Shown here in pieces: positions 20,374-32,387 of a stretch of 64,000 nucleotides of DNA (the stretch's first letter is position 1; the number at the start of each line of letters is the position of its first letter). The DNA is from Hyaloraphidium curvatum SAG 235-1 (lineage: Eukaryota > Fungi > Monoblepharomycota), in contig JAIVFI010000031.1 in assembly GCA_025558095.1 (NCBI GenBank), forward strand, positions 1 to 64,000, read 5' to 3'. The notes below the pieces were generated by a model. It worked only from the letters and a program-made list of their open reading frames with translations. It ran no database searches and was not told the DNA's origin. Both the position numbers and the translations under genes were made by a program.

Positions 20374-21018
20374 TCAACGCACCGACATCGGTGCTCGCGA
20401 ACACCCAGTGTTCTGTTGCGGGGGATCAGCACCAGGACGATTGGAAGGGGAAGCGGAGGTACCCACTCCATTTCTCCCGGTCTGCGCTGGGAATCCCCCT
20501 CCTTTCGAGCTCGCCCTCAACGAGCTGTTCGTGTGCTCGGGCACGCTCCTCCATGGCCTCGACAGCGTCCGCCTCCCCCCCGAGGAGTTCAACCCGAGGA
20601 GTTCAAAGATCGGTCTCAGGCCGTCCACCGTCTCGAGGCGGATCATCGCGTGCCGGCTGGCTGCAGCAATAACCTTGGCGCCGAGGTCCAAACCGCCTGG
20701 AGCTTCGTCTTCTTCGCCGTCGGCGGACCCCGTGCCCACCCCGTTGATCTCGGCGATGCGGTCGCGCAGCGTCCACAGGATGTCGAACACGGTGTCTTCG
20801 TCGACGCCGTCGCGCGTCATGGGCGTGTCCCACTCGGATCCGGCGTCCGAGGACCCGTCCCCTTCGGCGTCGTCTCCGGCACCGGCGGGGCTTTCGGACT
20901 TGCCTGCGCCCGGCAGGGGCCCGTAGAACGCGGCCTTGGCGGCCTTGCGGGCGGCCATCTGCGCCGCGGTCACGCCTTCTTTGCGCTGGCCTCCGTCGGC
21001 ACGGCCCGAGTCCGACAT
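20374..21018 (-). pseudogene. Unnamed acidic protein family member frameshifted by a 14-bp tandem duplication (paralog of 7649-8330)
   Basis: DEDTVFDILWTLRDRIAEIN; removing one CCCGAGGAGTTCAA copy (20579-20606) restores IFELLGGEADAVEAMEERARAHEQLVEGELERRGIPSADREKWS; 3' end approximate. Confidence 0.65.
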
Positions 21019-21139
21019 CGCGGGAGACGCGCCGAAGAGGGGGTTGTTGATTCGATCGACACGTGGCGTCGCTCGCCGCGCCCCACCCTCCAAAACCTCT
21101 CCCGGCGGGAGCCCCGAATCGCGGCCGCAGACCGCCAAA

Positions 21140-22871
21140 ATGCTCTCCTCCATTCTCCTCTACGCGGTGGCCGTTGCCGCGTTCCTTTACCTCGTCCGGA
21201 CGCTGTTCAGGTGGGCATTTCCGCGGGCCTGTCTCCCACCTCGACCTGATGCCTCCCACGTTTCAGACGCCGCTACCTCGAGTTCGACGACGACATCGAG
21301 ACCGTCTTTGTCGTCCCCGGCCTCTCCCGCCCGCCGCCCGTCCCCACCCACGCGGCCAGCCTCCTTGGGATGCCCAAGTACGGCCCCGTCTTCCGCGTCG
21401 TCAACATGCTGCGCCCGAGCATGGCCACCGTGACCGTGGGCGATCCGATGCTGCTCAGGGAGATGCTGGTGGGGAAGAGCTGGCCGAAGTTCCAGCGCGG
21501 GGACCCCAGGAGTCCGTACTCGGAGGGCTTCATATCGGCGGAGAACGGGCAGCTCTGGAGGGACGTTCGGGCCGCGTTCGAGGCCACGTTCACCAATCTG
21601 TCGGTGCGGAGGCACGTGCCCGTGATGGAGGAGCAGACCGCGATTCTGCTCGAGCGGCTGGCGAAAGCCAGCGCCGAGAACCCCGCGGGCTTCGACCTGG
21701 TCGGATTCTTCCACCGCTACTCTTTCGACGTGGTCACGCGGCTCGTTTTCGGGGCCGAGGTCAAGGCCCAGACCTCGGCCGAAGGCGCCTCGTACGCCAA
21801 GACCTTCGATTCGTGGCAGTCCCACACGATCAGGGTCACCACGGGCAAGCTGCTGCTGGGAAGCTGGGGCACGTACCTCCTGCGCAAGGTCATCGCGGCG
21901 CAAAAGGCCGACGGGGACAGGATGTGGGCGCTGCTGGACTCGGAGAGGGAGAGGATCGCGAGGGGCGAGGCGAGGGAGAGCATCATGGACGACGCGTACT
22001 CTCGGTCCGAGGCGGGGAAGCTCGGCGCCGAAGTGTCGCCCGCGGATCTCCGCAAGGCGCTGATGTCCTTGCTTTTTGCTGGGGTGGGCATCGACGGCAG
22101 CTGCGGTCTTGCTCGCCTTCTTACCGTTCGTGGTTCGCTTCAGCACGACACGACCACCTCGACCCTCTCCTTCCTCTTCTACGAGCTCTCCAAGCGGCCA
22201 GATCTGCAGGACACCATCCGCTCGGAAGCCGCCGGAGCCCTGGCCTCCCACCTGCCGAATCTCGACGAGCTGGAAAAGTGCAGGACGCTCAACGCGTGCA
22301 TCCGCGAGACGTGGGCACCTCTTGTCCATGCCGCTGCCGGATCAGCCCGCTGAAGTTTTCCCCCCCGCCCAGGCTCCGGCGGTATCCAGCTGCGCCCTTC
22401 GGCACCGGCCGCGTCATGTTCGAGGACCTCGACTTCTCCTACACCGACTTTTCCGGGAAGCCGCGCCGCATCCGTCTGCGCAAGGGGGACAGGGTGATGC
22501 CGTACTTCTACGGGGTCCAAAACTCGGCCGCGTACTGGGACGAACCGCTCGCATGGAAGCCCGAGCGGTTCGCCGACGATCCTACTGGGGGGGCCAAGAC
22601 GGGATCGATGTTTGCCTATGCGCCCTTCGGGAACGGCGCGAGGCGGTGCATGTGGGTTGCTTGGGCCGTCAAGGGTGATTGGGATTCTAATCTCGCTGAC
22701 GACAGAGGGGAGAAGCTCGCGCTGGCGGAGATCAGGCTGTGCACGGCGTCGTTGCTCTCGCGCTTCGAGGTCGAGCACGTGCCCGAAACGGACTGGACTT
22801 TCGCGGAGGCGTTCAAGGGTACCATCGCGCCAGAAAAGGTCATGGTGAAGCTCAAGGAGGTCAAACAATAG
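21140..22871 (+). CDS. Cytochrome P450, multi-exon
   Basis: N-terminal TM anchor, LLFAG/HDTT (I helix), IRET (ExxR), WKPERF, PFGNGARRC heme motif. Confidence 0.93.
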
Positions 22872-22891
22872 AATGCCGTCGCCCGCATCGG

Positions 22892-24952
22892 CTACAGCTT
22901 CCCCTTGGCCGCCTTCTCCGCCTCCTTGAGGCACCGATCGATCTCCTTCATGCACTCCACCAGCTTCTCGTCCTCCATCCTCCTTGCCGCCACCTGCACG
23001 CTCACGGGCGCGCCGGCCATCGCTTCGCGGTTCTCGTTCCACACGCGGTGTATGTCGGACTCGCCCTTCCACCGGCCGCGGTGCGAGCTGGGACCGTCGA
23101 CCGCAGGGTCGACGGCGGTGACGGGGATGATACCCCCGGGGAAGTCGAGGACGTTGTAGATGACCTGCCGCCGAACATGGTCAGCACGGCGCCACATGGG
23201 GACCGCAGAGGGGAAACCCACTGTCCCGACGCCCATGAACGGTGCCTCGGTGTTCATCTTCCAAGGCGGCAAGGCGGGCAGAGCCAGCGCCTCGCTGATG
23301 ACCACGTCCAGCCCCTGCTTGGCCCACATGTCCAGCCACTCCTTGGCGATCGCGTTGCGCTCCAAATTGGTGCGGAACAGCTCGTCCGACGACAGCGGGC
23401 CCCGCGCCCCCGCGAGCACCAGCTCCCTGAACGCCGCGTCGTCGGGGTACTTCTTCAGCGCCCCCTCGGCCCTCGCTGCGATCTGCTCCCTGCTCATCTT
23501 GGCGAACGAAGCCTGGTACGACGTGAACCTCTCGAGCGGGTCGCCCGTCCTGTCCGCGTGCTCGGCGAGGCGGACGTAGCCGTGCGAGAAGAAGACCTCG
23601 CTCGAGATGGCCTGCAGGCGCGCGACCTTGGGCGGCTGGATCTCGACGCAGCGGTGGCCCTGCGCGCGGAGGGCGGCGACGGTGGCGAGGATGGCGCGCT
23701 TGTTCGGGGGGGAGGTGAGGTACAGGCCTGTGGGACAACAAACAACATCCAGGGTGAGCTCTTTCGAAGCACCGCAGACGGAGGTCGACCCACCGTTGTC
23801 GACAAAGTACCCCACCACGAGCTTCTTCCCGCGCACCTGCTCCTTCTCCTCCTCCCTCCACCCCACGTTGAGCACCATCGGGTCCAGCTGGTACGGCCGC
23901 GCGGCCAGGATCGTCCGCATCATCAGGTCCAGGTCCTCGACCGAGCTGCCCAGCGGGCCGCCGACGGAGCGGACGGATTCCTGCCCGCCGATGAGGGTCA
24001 TACCGCCGAGGAGGGGGATGCGGAGGGAGGTGGGCTTAAGGCCGTCTGGCGAGATGGGGTCAGAAGGGTGAGAGTAGAGTGCGCCACGGCCGGTCACCCA
24101 CAGACGCCGTTGAACGCCGCCGGCCCGCGCACGCTCCCCCCGATGTCGGTCCCCAGCCCCAGCGGGCTCCCCCGGGCGGCCACTAGCCCGCCCTCGCCCG
24201 AGCTGGAGCCGCCTGTGATCAGGCCGCGGCTGTGCGGGTTGGTCGAGCGGCCCCAGAGGGGGTTCACGGGCTCGGCAGACATCATGAGCTGCGGGATGTT
24301 GGTCTTGCAGTAGACTGGGGGTTGAAGACGTCAGCCGGTGGGGCAAGCTGGGGGCAAAGAGGACCCACTGATGGCGCCGGCGTCGCGGAGGATCTTGACG
24401 GCGACGGAGTCCTCCTTGGCGGGGCTGTTGACGAACGGCGGCGACAGGAAGCCGACCGAGGCGTCGAGCCCCTTGACGCTGAAGTTGTCCTTGATCGAGA
24501 TGGGCACCCCGTGCAGGGGCCCGACGGTCTTGCCCGTGGACTTGAAGGTCCGGTCGAGGTGCCGGGCCCGCTCCAGGGCATCGACGAAGCAGATTTCCGT
24601 GAGCAGGTTGGACAGCTGGTGGGCATAAGCCGCCCTTTTGACGAATGCCTGAGGCGGAAGCGTCGGTGTGCCGCGGGGGACAGTTTCCGTCTAGAGGACT
24701 ACGCACCCGGCACACCGTCTCGGCGTCAATCCTGCCCGCCGCGACGTCCCGCGCGATCTCCGACGCCGACATCGCCGTGATCCGCTTGTCCTCGGCCGTC
24801 AGCAGCCCCGACGCCTCGAGCACAGCAATGTCCGACGCGTTGGCCTTGCGCGCCGCCCAGATGGGGTGGCCGGTCGGCAGGCGGTACTCGGCCGGGATGA
24901 GCGACTCGCGCTTGGCGAGCTTCGCGTCGCGGACTTTTTCCCAGGCCGCCAT
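22892..24952 (-). CDS. Amidase-signature family amidase (acetamidase/FAAH-like), multi-exon
   Basis: GPLHGVPISIKD, KTNIPQ, GGSSSGEG, GTDIGGSVRGPAAFNG; C-terminus KGKL. Confidence 0.93.
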   Translation of the reverse strand: MAAWEKVRDAKLAKRESLIPAEYRLPTGHPIWAARKANASDIAVLEASGLLTAEDKRITAMSASEIARDVAAGRIDAETVCRVRSPLDGNCPPRHTDASASGIRQKGGLCPPAVQPAHGNLLRRCPGAGPAPRPDLQVHGQDRRAPARGAHLDQGQLQRQGARRLGRLPVAAVRQQPRQGGLRRRQDPPRRRRHQWVLFAPSLPHRLTSSTPSLLQDQHPAAHDVCRAREPPLGPLDQPAQPRPDHRRLQLGRGRASGRPGEPAGAGDRHRGERARAGGVQRRLWVTGRGALYSHPSDPISPDGLKPTSLRIPLLGGMTLIGGQESVRSVGGPLGSSVEDLDLMMRTILAARPYQLDPMVLNVGWREEEKEQVRGKKLVVGYFVDNGGSTSVCGASKELTLDVVCCPTGLYLTSPPNKRAILATVAALRAQGHRCVEIQPPKVARLQAISSEVFFSHGYVRLAEHADRTGDPLERFTSYQASFAKMSREQIAARAEGALKKYPDDAAFRELVLAGARGPLSSDELFRTNLERNAIAKEWLDMWAKQGLDVVISEALALPALPPWKMNTEAPFMGVGTVGFPSAVPMWRRADHVRRQVIYNVLDFPGGIIPVTAVDPAVDGPSSHRGRWKGESDIHRVWNENREAMAGAPVSVQVAARRMEDEKLVECMKEIDRCLKEAEKAAKGKL

Positions 24953-25681
24953 CGCGCGGAAAGGCGGAGGAAGCGGGTCGGAATGTTTGGTCGGCGGCCT
25001 TCCGCACCCGTCCCTTCACTCACTCTTGGTCACCGGACTCTAGGCGCCCAAGTAAGTTATGCTAGCCTCCTCGCGATGTTTTGCCGTTCTACGTCAGCTC
25101 CATTGCCTTACCCGATGAACGAACAACTGTTTGAACTACCTTCCAAGTTATGAGGCGTGACGACAGCCACGTGTCGGTCCCACCCAAATCAAGTCTCCTT
25201 CTCGCCGACGCCCCTCGCAATGGCAGCTTTCGGCGGACCCACTGAGACGGTTCTTGACGAGAGCGTTCGGCCGGAGACGAGGAGATGGTGCTAGACATCC
25301 TCTTCTCGCTGCCCGACCGCATCGCCCAGATCAACGCCTAGTACTTGGGCGGATCCGACAACGGCGAGTCCAGCTGTTGATTCGGGCACTGGTCGCGAGC
25401 CTGGTCGAGGATGACAAAGAGAGAAAGGTGGATTGCTAGCTCGCTCTTGAGGCGGTAGATTCTCGACGAAGGCGATGTCGAAGTAGTGGTAACGAAGGAC
25501 CGGGGATTACAAAACCGGATGTTGGTCGGAACTATGTTCAAGAGAAGCCAGAACAACAAGATGGCAGTCCGACAAAGCCTCGCTCCAGATAGCCTCACCC
25601 TCTCCACACCACGCCGCACCCACATCCACACTGTACAACGCCGCCACCTCCTCTTGCCTCGAGAAGATCTCCGCGTCCATT

Positions 25682-28600
25682 TCAGACGGCCGACTGCCCC
25701 ATCGCCACGATCATCGTCGCCATCCCGTCCGAGATCAATCCCCCCTCGGCCGCCCTGGCCGCGATCATCTCGATCGCCGCCTCTCCATCCGCCTCAGGAT
25801 CCTCCCCGTCCCTGGGCGTCGACGACCGCGGCGTACTCGGCGTCCACCGCAGCCTCGCCGGCACCGCGGACCTCCCCGCCCCCACCAGCTGCAGCTTGAC
25901 CACCGAGACCACGTCCTTGGACAGGTCCCGCGCCGAGTGCCCCGTGCGGGAGCGGGCGAGGCAGGCCTCGATGAACTCGACGTCCGCCACGGCGTCGGCG
26001 ATCCCCCCGCCCTGCGCGCCGGGGGCCGCGATGCCGCCCCAGGCGAGCACGGCGCGGTACACGGCCGCCTGCACCATGGCGTGGTGGCCGAGGACCGAGG
26101 TGCGGAGGAGCCGCGGGTCCACGCGGACGTAGGCCCGGATGAGGCGGATGAGGTGCAGGGTGTGGTGCAGGCAGACCTCGGGGATGGGGAGGTTGGGGTC
26201 GTCCACGGCAAAGACGGGGAAGTACGGCGCGCGGGGGTGCCCGCTCAGGTCGGGAAAGCCCTTCAGGGGAGGGAGCGCGGCGACGATCCGGGCGAGGTGG
26301 TTGGGCGTCTGCCGCGCCGTGCCGAGCCACGCGAGGTGAGAGGGGTTGACGAGGTCCGGCTGTGCGCCCATCGTAGCCGTTGCGTGAGCTGTCGGTGATC
26401 ACACGCAGCATAGCGACGAACGTACCTTTAGAGGCCCGTGCATGAACATGCAAGCTAGCCGTACCAAGAAGAGGTCGTTGAACGCCCCGTTGAGCACATC
26501 CACGCTCCTCCGCTCCCCCGCCGGCCGCGCCGCCTCCCCCGCCAGGAACCCCGCCGGATCCGAGTCCAGCTCGACGTACCAGGCCGGCAGCCTGGCGAAA
26601 AGCCCGTGGATCCGCGCCCGCATCTTGCGCACCTTGCCAGCGACCTTGCGCACCCCGCCGTCGTCCGGGTCGCACGCGGGGTCGAACACGTCCGCGCCCA
26701 GCTCGCGCGCGCGCACGTGCAGCTGCACCGCCTTGCCGATGGTGAAGATGGCCGCGATGATGACGGCGAAGCGGAGACCGATCTGCCCCGGCGGGTCGCC
26801 GCCCTTGCACCGGATCGTGTTGAACGCGCTGCCCAGCAGCCGCGCGGGGAGGCGGTGCCACGGCAGCGTGTCCAGCGCGGCAGCGGCGGCGTTGCCGGGG
26901 CGGGTTGCGACGATCGCCTCGGCGGCCGAGAGGAGCTCCGAGACGGCGTCGAAGTGGCGCTCCTCGCAGGGCAGGTTCATGGCCCAGGCCACCTCGTCCG
27001 AGATGGTGGGGTTGCTGCAGTCCAGCACCATGAGGTTGCGGTCGTGGATGTACAGGCCCCAGAAGGCGCGCCGCAGGGATTCGGCGCGGTACTGGTTCGC
27101 GTAGTAAAGGTAGAGGTCGATGCCAGAGGGCGGCAGCACGACGCCGCCGGGCAGCACTGTGCCGGAGGGGTACGGGGCGAGGAGCGACGCCGGGTCAGAG
27201 CATCCCATCTTGTAAGCCAGCGCCACTCCGACGTTCTAACATGCACGACGTCAGAACGGGTGACGACACGCCCGCGCGGTACCACCCACCATGAGACCCC
27301 GCGACGCCTCGGTCCGAAGGAACAGGCCCGACCTCCACAGCAGCGTCACCAGCGCAAACAGCACGTCCAGCGCGCCCTGGTCGATTCCCCCCTCCCTCGG
27401 CCGCGCCCGGGCCCCGCCGAGCGACCCGATCCCCATGCGCTCCAACCACGGCTGTAGGTAGCACCACGCGTGCCTTGCCAGACTGTGCGAGGTGCCGCGG
27501 GTGCGGGAGCCGCCGGCGACGGGGCTGCCGAAGTTGGCGGCGATGTCGACGGCGGGTGCTTCCGCAAAGGGGGCGGGGGGGAGGAGCTGCCGCGAGACGC
27601 CTTCCTCCGAGGGTTCGAGCTGGGTGCACCCGACGGATGCCATGGCGAGAAAGAGGGGGAGGGGTGGGGGGTAGGCACCGTTCTGGGCGGTCGGTTGGAG
27701 CTCGTTTGGGGCAAAGATGGAGGTGCGAGGGCGCGTGGCCAGGCTGGGGAAGAACATCTTGTAGTGCACGAGCTTCATCTGGGAGTGGAGGTTGTTGACG
27801 ATGAAGTAGTCCTGCACGATGCGGAGGAGGTCGGAGGAGGGAGGGAGGGGCTGCCCAGTACGTGTGAGCAAGGCGTGAACGGTGCCATTCCAAGGGATCA
27901 CAGTTACCTGGAGATCGGCGGAGGGACCGATGGAGGAGCCAACGCGGACAAGGGCGCCGGGTTCGACCGGCGAAAAGGTCGTTGCTTCGTCGGCGCTCGA
28001 GTCGTCGCTTCCCCCAGGCGAGCGGCCCGGATCCTGGAACGCAGGCCACGCGATACGCGGTTGCTGCGCACGTCCCGAAGGTATGGCGCCGCTGCGCTGG
28101 AAGAGCGCCGCCACGAGGCTGTCCAGCTGCGCGCCGGTGTAGCCCGCCCTGCTCGACGAGGCCGTGGATCCGGCCACGGAGCCCAGCATCGACCGGGTGG
28201 TCCCAAACTCCAGGTCCACGCTGCCGGCGTCGTCGGGGGGGCGGCCGACCGAACCGAGGCTGCTTCGGGCCTGGGCGGCGAACCCGCGTGCGACCGACGG
28301 GGATGCCAGCGAGCCGGACGGCCTGCTCCGCGGCCGCAGGCTGCGCTCGGGGCTCGTCCTGCGGCCCGGCACGTAGTCCGACCCGGCGTCGTCCTCCTCG
28401 TCGTCCTCGCCCTCCTCCTCGGGCTCCTCGTCCGGCCCGTCGTCGCCGTCCTCCTCGCTGCCCGCGTCCGCCGGGCCCCCGCCCCCCCCGCCGTCCCCGC
28501 CCGCGGCCACGGCGCTTCCCGCTGCGTCCGTGCGCCGCCGCTTTCGCCGCTTGTCCTTCCTGCCGGCCGAGGCGGCGCCCTTCTTGGGCCCGCGCGGCCG

Positions 28601-29165
28601 AACTTCCCGCGTGAAGACGCACTCGCGCTGGAACGCCACGCACGCCTCGCACCGCACGCCCTCCGGCAGCACGCGATCGGCGACCCCGGCTAACGAGCAT
28701 TTCTGGATAAAGTGGAGGAAGTGTGTTAGAAGTCGCCCATGCAGGCAAGGAGACACCAGGCGTGCCCGCTCGACCCCATAGCGCCACCTAGAGGCCTCCA
28801 ACCAATTTTCCCCGTCTTTATGCGCCTCCAAACGCCCAGCACGGCGTCGGGGCGTCGGCCGGCCCGCCCAGTTTCGCCCGAAGTTCGGGAACCAAGGCAG
28901 ACACCACGCGTGCCCCACGACCCCGTGCCGCCGTCTAGCCGCCGTCCTCCGCTTTAGGCGATCTCGAAGCGCAATCTAGACCCGGTGCAGACCCCGGTAC
29001 CCCGTGGGAGCCGTCCGCCGTCCAGATTCCCCCATTCACCTTCCGGAACTTGAAGCACGCGTCGCACGCCTTTGCCCGCGGCGCGCCCGCCGCCGCCCGC
29101 GGCCCGCCGTCGCTGTCGCTGCCGCTGCCGTCCCCGCCGTCGCCGGCGGGGCCCGCGCTCGCCAT
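25682..29165 (-). CDS. Zn(II)2Cys6 fungal transcription factor with middle-homology domain, multi-exon
   Basis: ACDACFKFRK/KC...CEACVAFQRECVF...RPRGPKK spliced across intron 28703-29039; ESLRRAFWGLYIHDR and NLPCEE. Confidence 0.88.
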
Positions 29166-29572
29166 GGATGGGGGGCAGCGGAAGCTCGGTCAGCCAGGGC
29201 AGATGCCGCAACACCCCCGCGATCCCCGTCACATGCACCCCTCCTCAGCGGCGTGGCGCGCACCGGACGGGTTCCTCGGGCTTCCTGGAGACGGATGGGC
29301 ATTCGGCAGCCTGGAGCCGGGCATGACGACGGCGCCGCCCCTCCATCCTTCCCGTTCAATACAGTCGCTCCGCGCACAGTTCGCGGGTCGACCGTATCCG
29401 CCGCGCTCTCGCCATCCGCGGGCTCCGGGTGCCGCATCTCTTTTTCCTCTACTCCAAAAGCCGCACATCTCCGAGGTGCCGACCACCGATGCGGACCGCG
29501 ACCCGGCGGCGACGGCCAAACGGATCGGCGCCTCCACCGTCGCCGGCCACGGTCCGGCACACGGCACCCGGC

Positions 29573-31075
29573 CTACAGCTTGGGCCCGAACAGCTTTTTG
29601 TCCCCGAACCACCGCACCCGCCCGCGCTCCACCACCTCGGGCCGGTCCTTGACGTCCTCGAGCCGCTTCCCCGCGATGATCTGGAGCACCCTGTCGATCG
29701 ACACGACGGTCCTGGACGCGTACGCCGGCGCCATCTTTCCCGATCATCGTCAGCCCGTGCGCGTCGCCGGCCCGCAGGCAGGGGGGACCCACCGGGTTGC
29801 TGTTCTGCCGCTGCGCGTACCTCGCCCCTATGCCCTGCCCGATCACCGCCCCCCTGAACCACGAGAACGCCACCACCGCCTCCCACCCCTCGATCGGGTA
29901 CGGGATGCCGGCCTCGGAGCAGTACAGCCGCATCATGTCGTCGGCCGAGGGGAGGCCCTCGGGGGGCTGCACGCCGAGGACGCCCTCGGGCGGGGGGAGG
30001 AAGTAGATCATGAGCATGTTGGCGAGGTCGGCGAGGGGGTGGCCGATGGTGGAAAGCTGGCGGGGGGCGTTTATTAGGCTTGGAGAGGAGGGGGAGAGGG
30101 CGACCGACCAACCTCCCAGTCAAGCACGGCGATGACCTCGGGCTTGGTCGGGTGGAAGATGATGTTGTCGAACTCTGCCGTGGAAGCACCTCAGCAACAC
30201 CCCGCACGTCCTCCGGCACCCGGACCCACTGTAGTCCCCGTGGAAGATGGTCGCGCGGTCCTTGACGACGGCACCCGGCCCGACCATCTTCTCCCTCATC
30301 CACGCCTTGATGTCGTCCACCCTGTCGAAGCTCCCGACCTCCACCCCGCTGTCCCTGTCCCGGACCACGGCCTGCTGGTCGTGCAGCTTGGAAAAGCTCG
30401 TGATGGAACGCTCGTAGTACCCGGACGGCTTGCCGTAGTCCCCCAGCCCGATGGCCTTGTAGTCGACGCGGTGCAGCGCGGCGAGGGTCTTGATGGCCGC
30501 GCGCCAGTACGCCGCGCGCTCGGAGGGGGGGATCTTGGGCAGCCGCGGGTCGGAGAAGATGCGGCCCTCGATGAACTCCATGATCTTCCCCGGAGCGCGT
30601 CAGCCTCCCTGCCGGAAGCGCGCCAACGCTCCGAAACCCACGAAAAACTCGGTCCCGATCACCCCGGGGTCCTTGCACAGGCAGAGCATCTTGGGGACCG
30701 GGAACCCGGTCGGCTTCAGCGCCGACATGATCCTGTGCTCCCTGTCGACCTGGTGCTGCGTGGGGCTGACGATGCGCCCCGGCGGCTTCTTGCGCATGAC
30801 GTACTTGACCCCCGCGCCGTCGGTCAGGCTTGCAAAAGGCGGGAAAAGCGCGGCGTGAGCTTCACGGTCCGGGCGCGCCCACGCGGGCGGGCCCACAAGT
30901 AGGTCGGGTTGCTCTGGCCCAGGTTGAACTGCTTGACCTGCAGGCCCTTGGTGAACCCAGCGACGTTCGCTTCCATGTAGCGCTCCAGCGCCGCGGTGTC
31001 GATGGGGAGGCGGAGGTCGGCCGAGGCGGTCTGGCCGGCCTCTTCGGAGCCCGGGAGGGGGGCGGAGGTCGACAT
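29573..31075 (-). CDS. APH/choline-kinase-like phosphotransferase (stand-alone ACAD10/11 kinase-domain type), C-terminal PKL
   Basis: QFNLGQSNPTY, YVMRKKPPG, HQVDREHRIM, VIGTEF/MEFIEGRIF, HGDY..DN, LDW..STIGHPLADL; ends FGPKL*. Confidence 0.9.
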
Positions 31076-31534
31076 TTCGGGGGCCGGGGGGAAACGGTGA
31101 AGGAATAAAGAGCTGCCGAGGGCAAAAGGAGAGGAGGGAAACCGCGTAGGCGGGTTGAGGTGGACGTGAACCCGGGAGACGGTTGCGAGGATCAGCCGAT
31201 AGCCGATCGACCGCGCGACGGGCGTCCCCAACACGCGAAGGCAAACCTGCGGCGAGGACCGGATCGAGACTGTTGCCGGCAACGATCGACGGATTGGTTG
31301 CCGATTAGCAGCCGGATGCGGTCTGCCCGCGTCTTTGGACGCCCTTGGCGAAGTGACTGTTCCCGAGGCAAGTTTGCCACCACGCCTCGCAGGGCGAAGC
31401 GAGCACACGACAGTACGACCGATTGACGCAAGACGCAGCAGGAATTCGGTGATCTAAAATCATCGGCAGCACCGCGGCTACTTGTTCCCTCGATCGGCGC
31501 ACCGTCCCCCTTCCGGGACGGGTTCGAAGCCACG

Positions 31535-32053
31535 TCACCTCGCACAGATCGGACCTAGCCCAAAGAGCACAAATCTCCACAGAGCGAGCAGCGTGCCCAG
31601 CACAAGCACAACCGCGAGGACCGCCGCGGCCAGCACCGCCGGCCATGCCCACCGCGGCCACCCCGCGGCCCACTCCTTCGCCTTGGCCTCGACCGCATCG
31701 TACGTGCCCTTGGTCGCCTCCTCCGCCGCTATCCGGGCGGTTTTCCTTCCTTCCTCGGAGCGAGACTACCGCGCCACGACGGTGACCTGCGCGAGGATGA
31801 GGTTCGCCACGATCTCCGTCGCCGCGTCCGAGGAGAGGGCGGAGAAGGCCTCGCCGACGACGGATTGGGTCGCGGCGGCGGCGTACGCGTGGGTGCGGGG
31901 GTTGTCGCTTTCGGGATGGGCGGTAAAGGGGTGCCATTCGTGCGAGGCCGTCCGTTGACGCGGCACGCCGTCCGCGTCCGAGTGGGGCGCGTCGGGTGCC
32001 ATCGCCGCCGGCTCATTGCGGGCGAGCGGCACGAGACTGTCCGTGCTTTCCAT
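31535..32053 (-). pseudogene. Small tail-anchored membrane protein interrupted by an in-frame TAG (31766-31768)
   Basis: The frame continues past the stop: VVAR*SRSEEGRKTARIAAEEATKGTYDAVEAKAKEW...WPAVLAAAVLAVVLVLGTLLALWRFVLFG. Confidence 0.55.
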
Positions 32054-32387
32054 TTTCTGCAATGACGTGGGTTCCAACAGGTTTGTCGTCGTTCGCGGTG
32101 CTTGGACGGGCCGGGGCGTGATGACGTGTTCCCAAACCGCCATCGTTGGCGTGTCACAAGCACCGGGTCATTCGCATCGAATACTTGCGGGCAATGTCGT
32201 GTCAGCACCGTGACAACCGCACAAATACCTAGCCCGAATCGAAGTGGAGACCAGGAAAAGAACGGCAAGCCCAACTCAGAATCCATGTCCCGAGCTCTCC
32301 CGCCTACATCCAGCCCGCTCGTGACCGCCACCCGACGCCCGTATCCCCCTGCTATCCGCCCTATACCCCATCGACCACCCCGAACCC

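Noticed and set aside
25089-25631. Short ORFs between the amidase and the TF
   Set aside because: No recognisable motifs and lower GC; probably UTR or intergenic.
28703-29039. 337-nt intron in the Zn2Cys6 gene as an ncRNA host
   Set aside because: Longer than typical, but I found no snoRNA boxes or repeat match.
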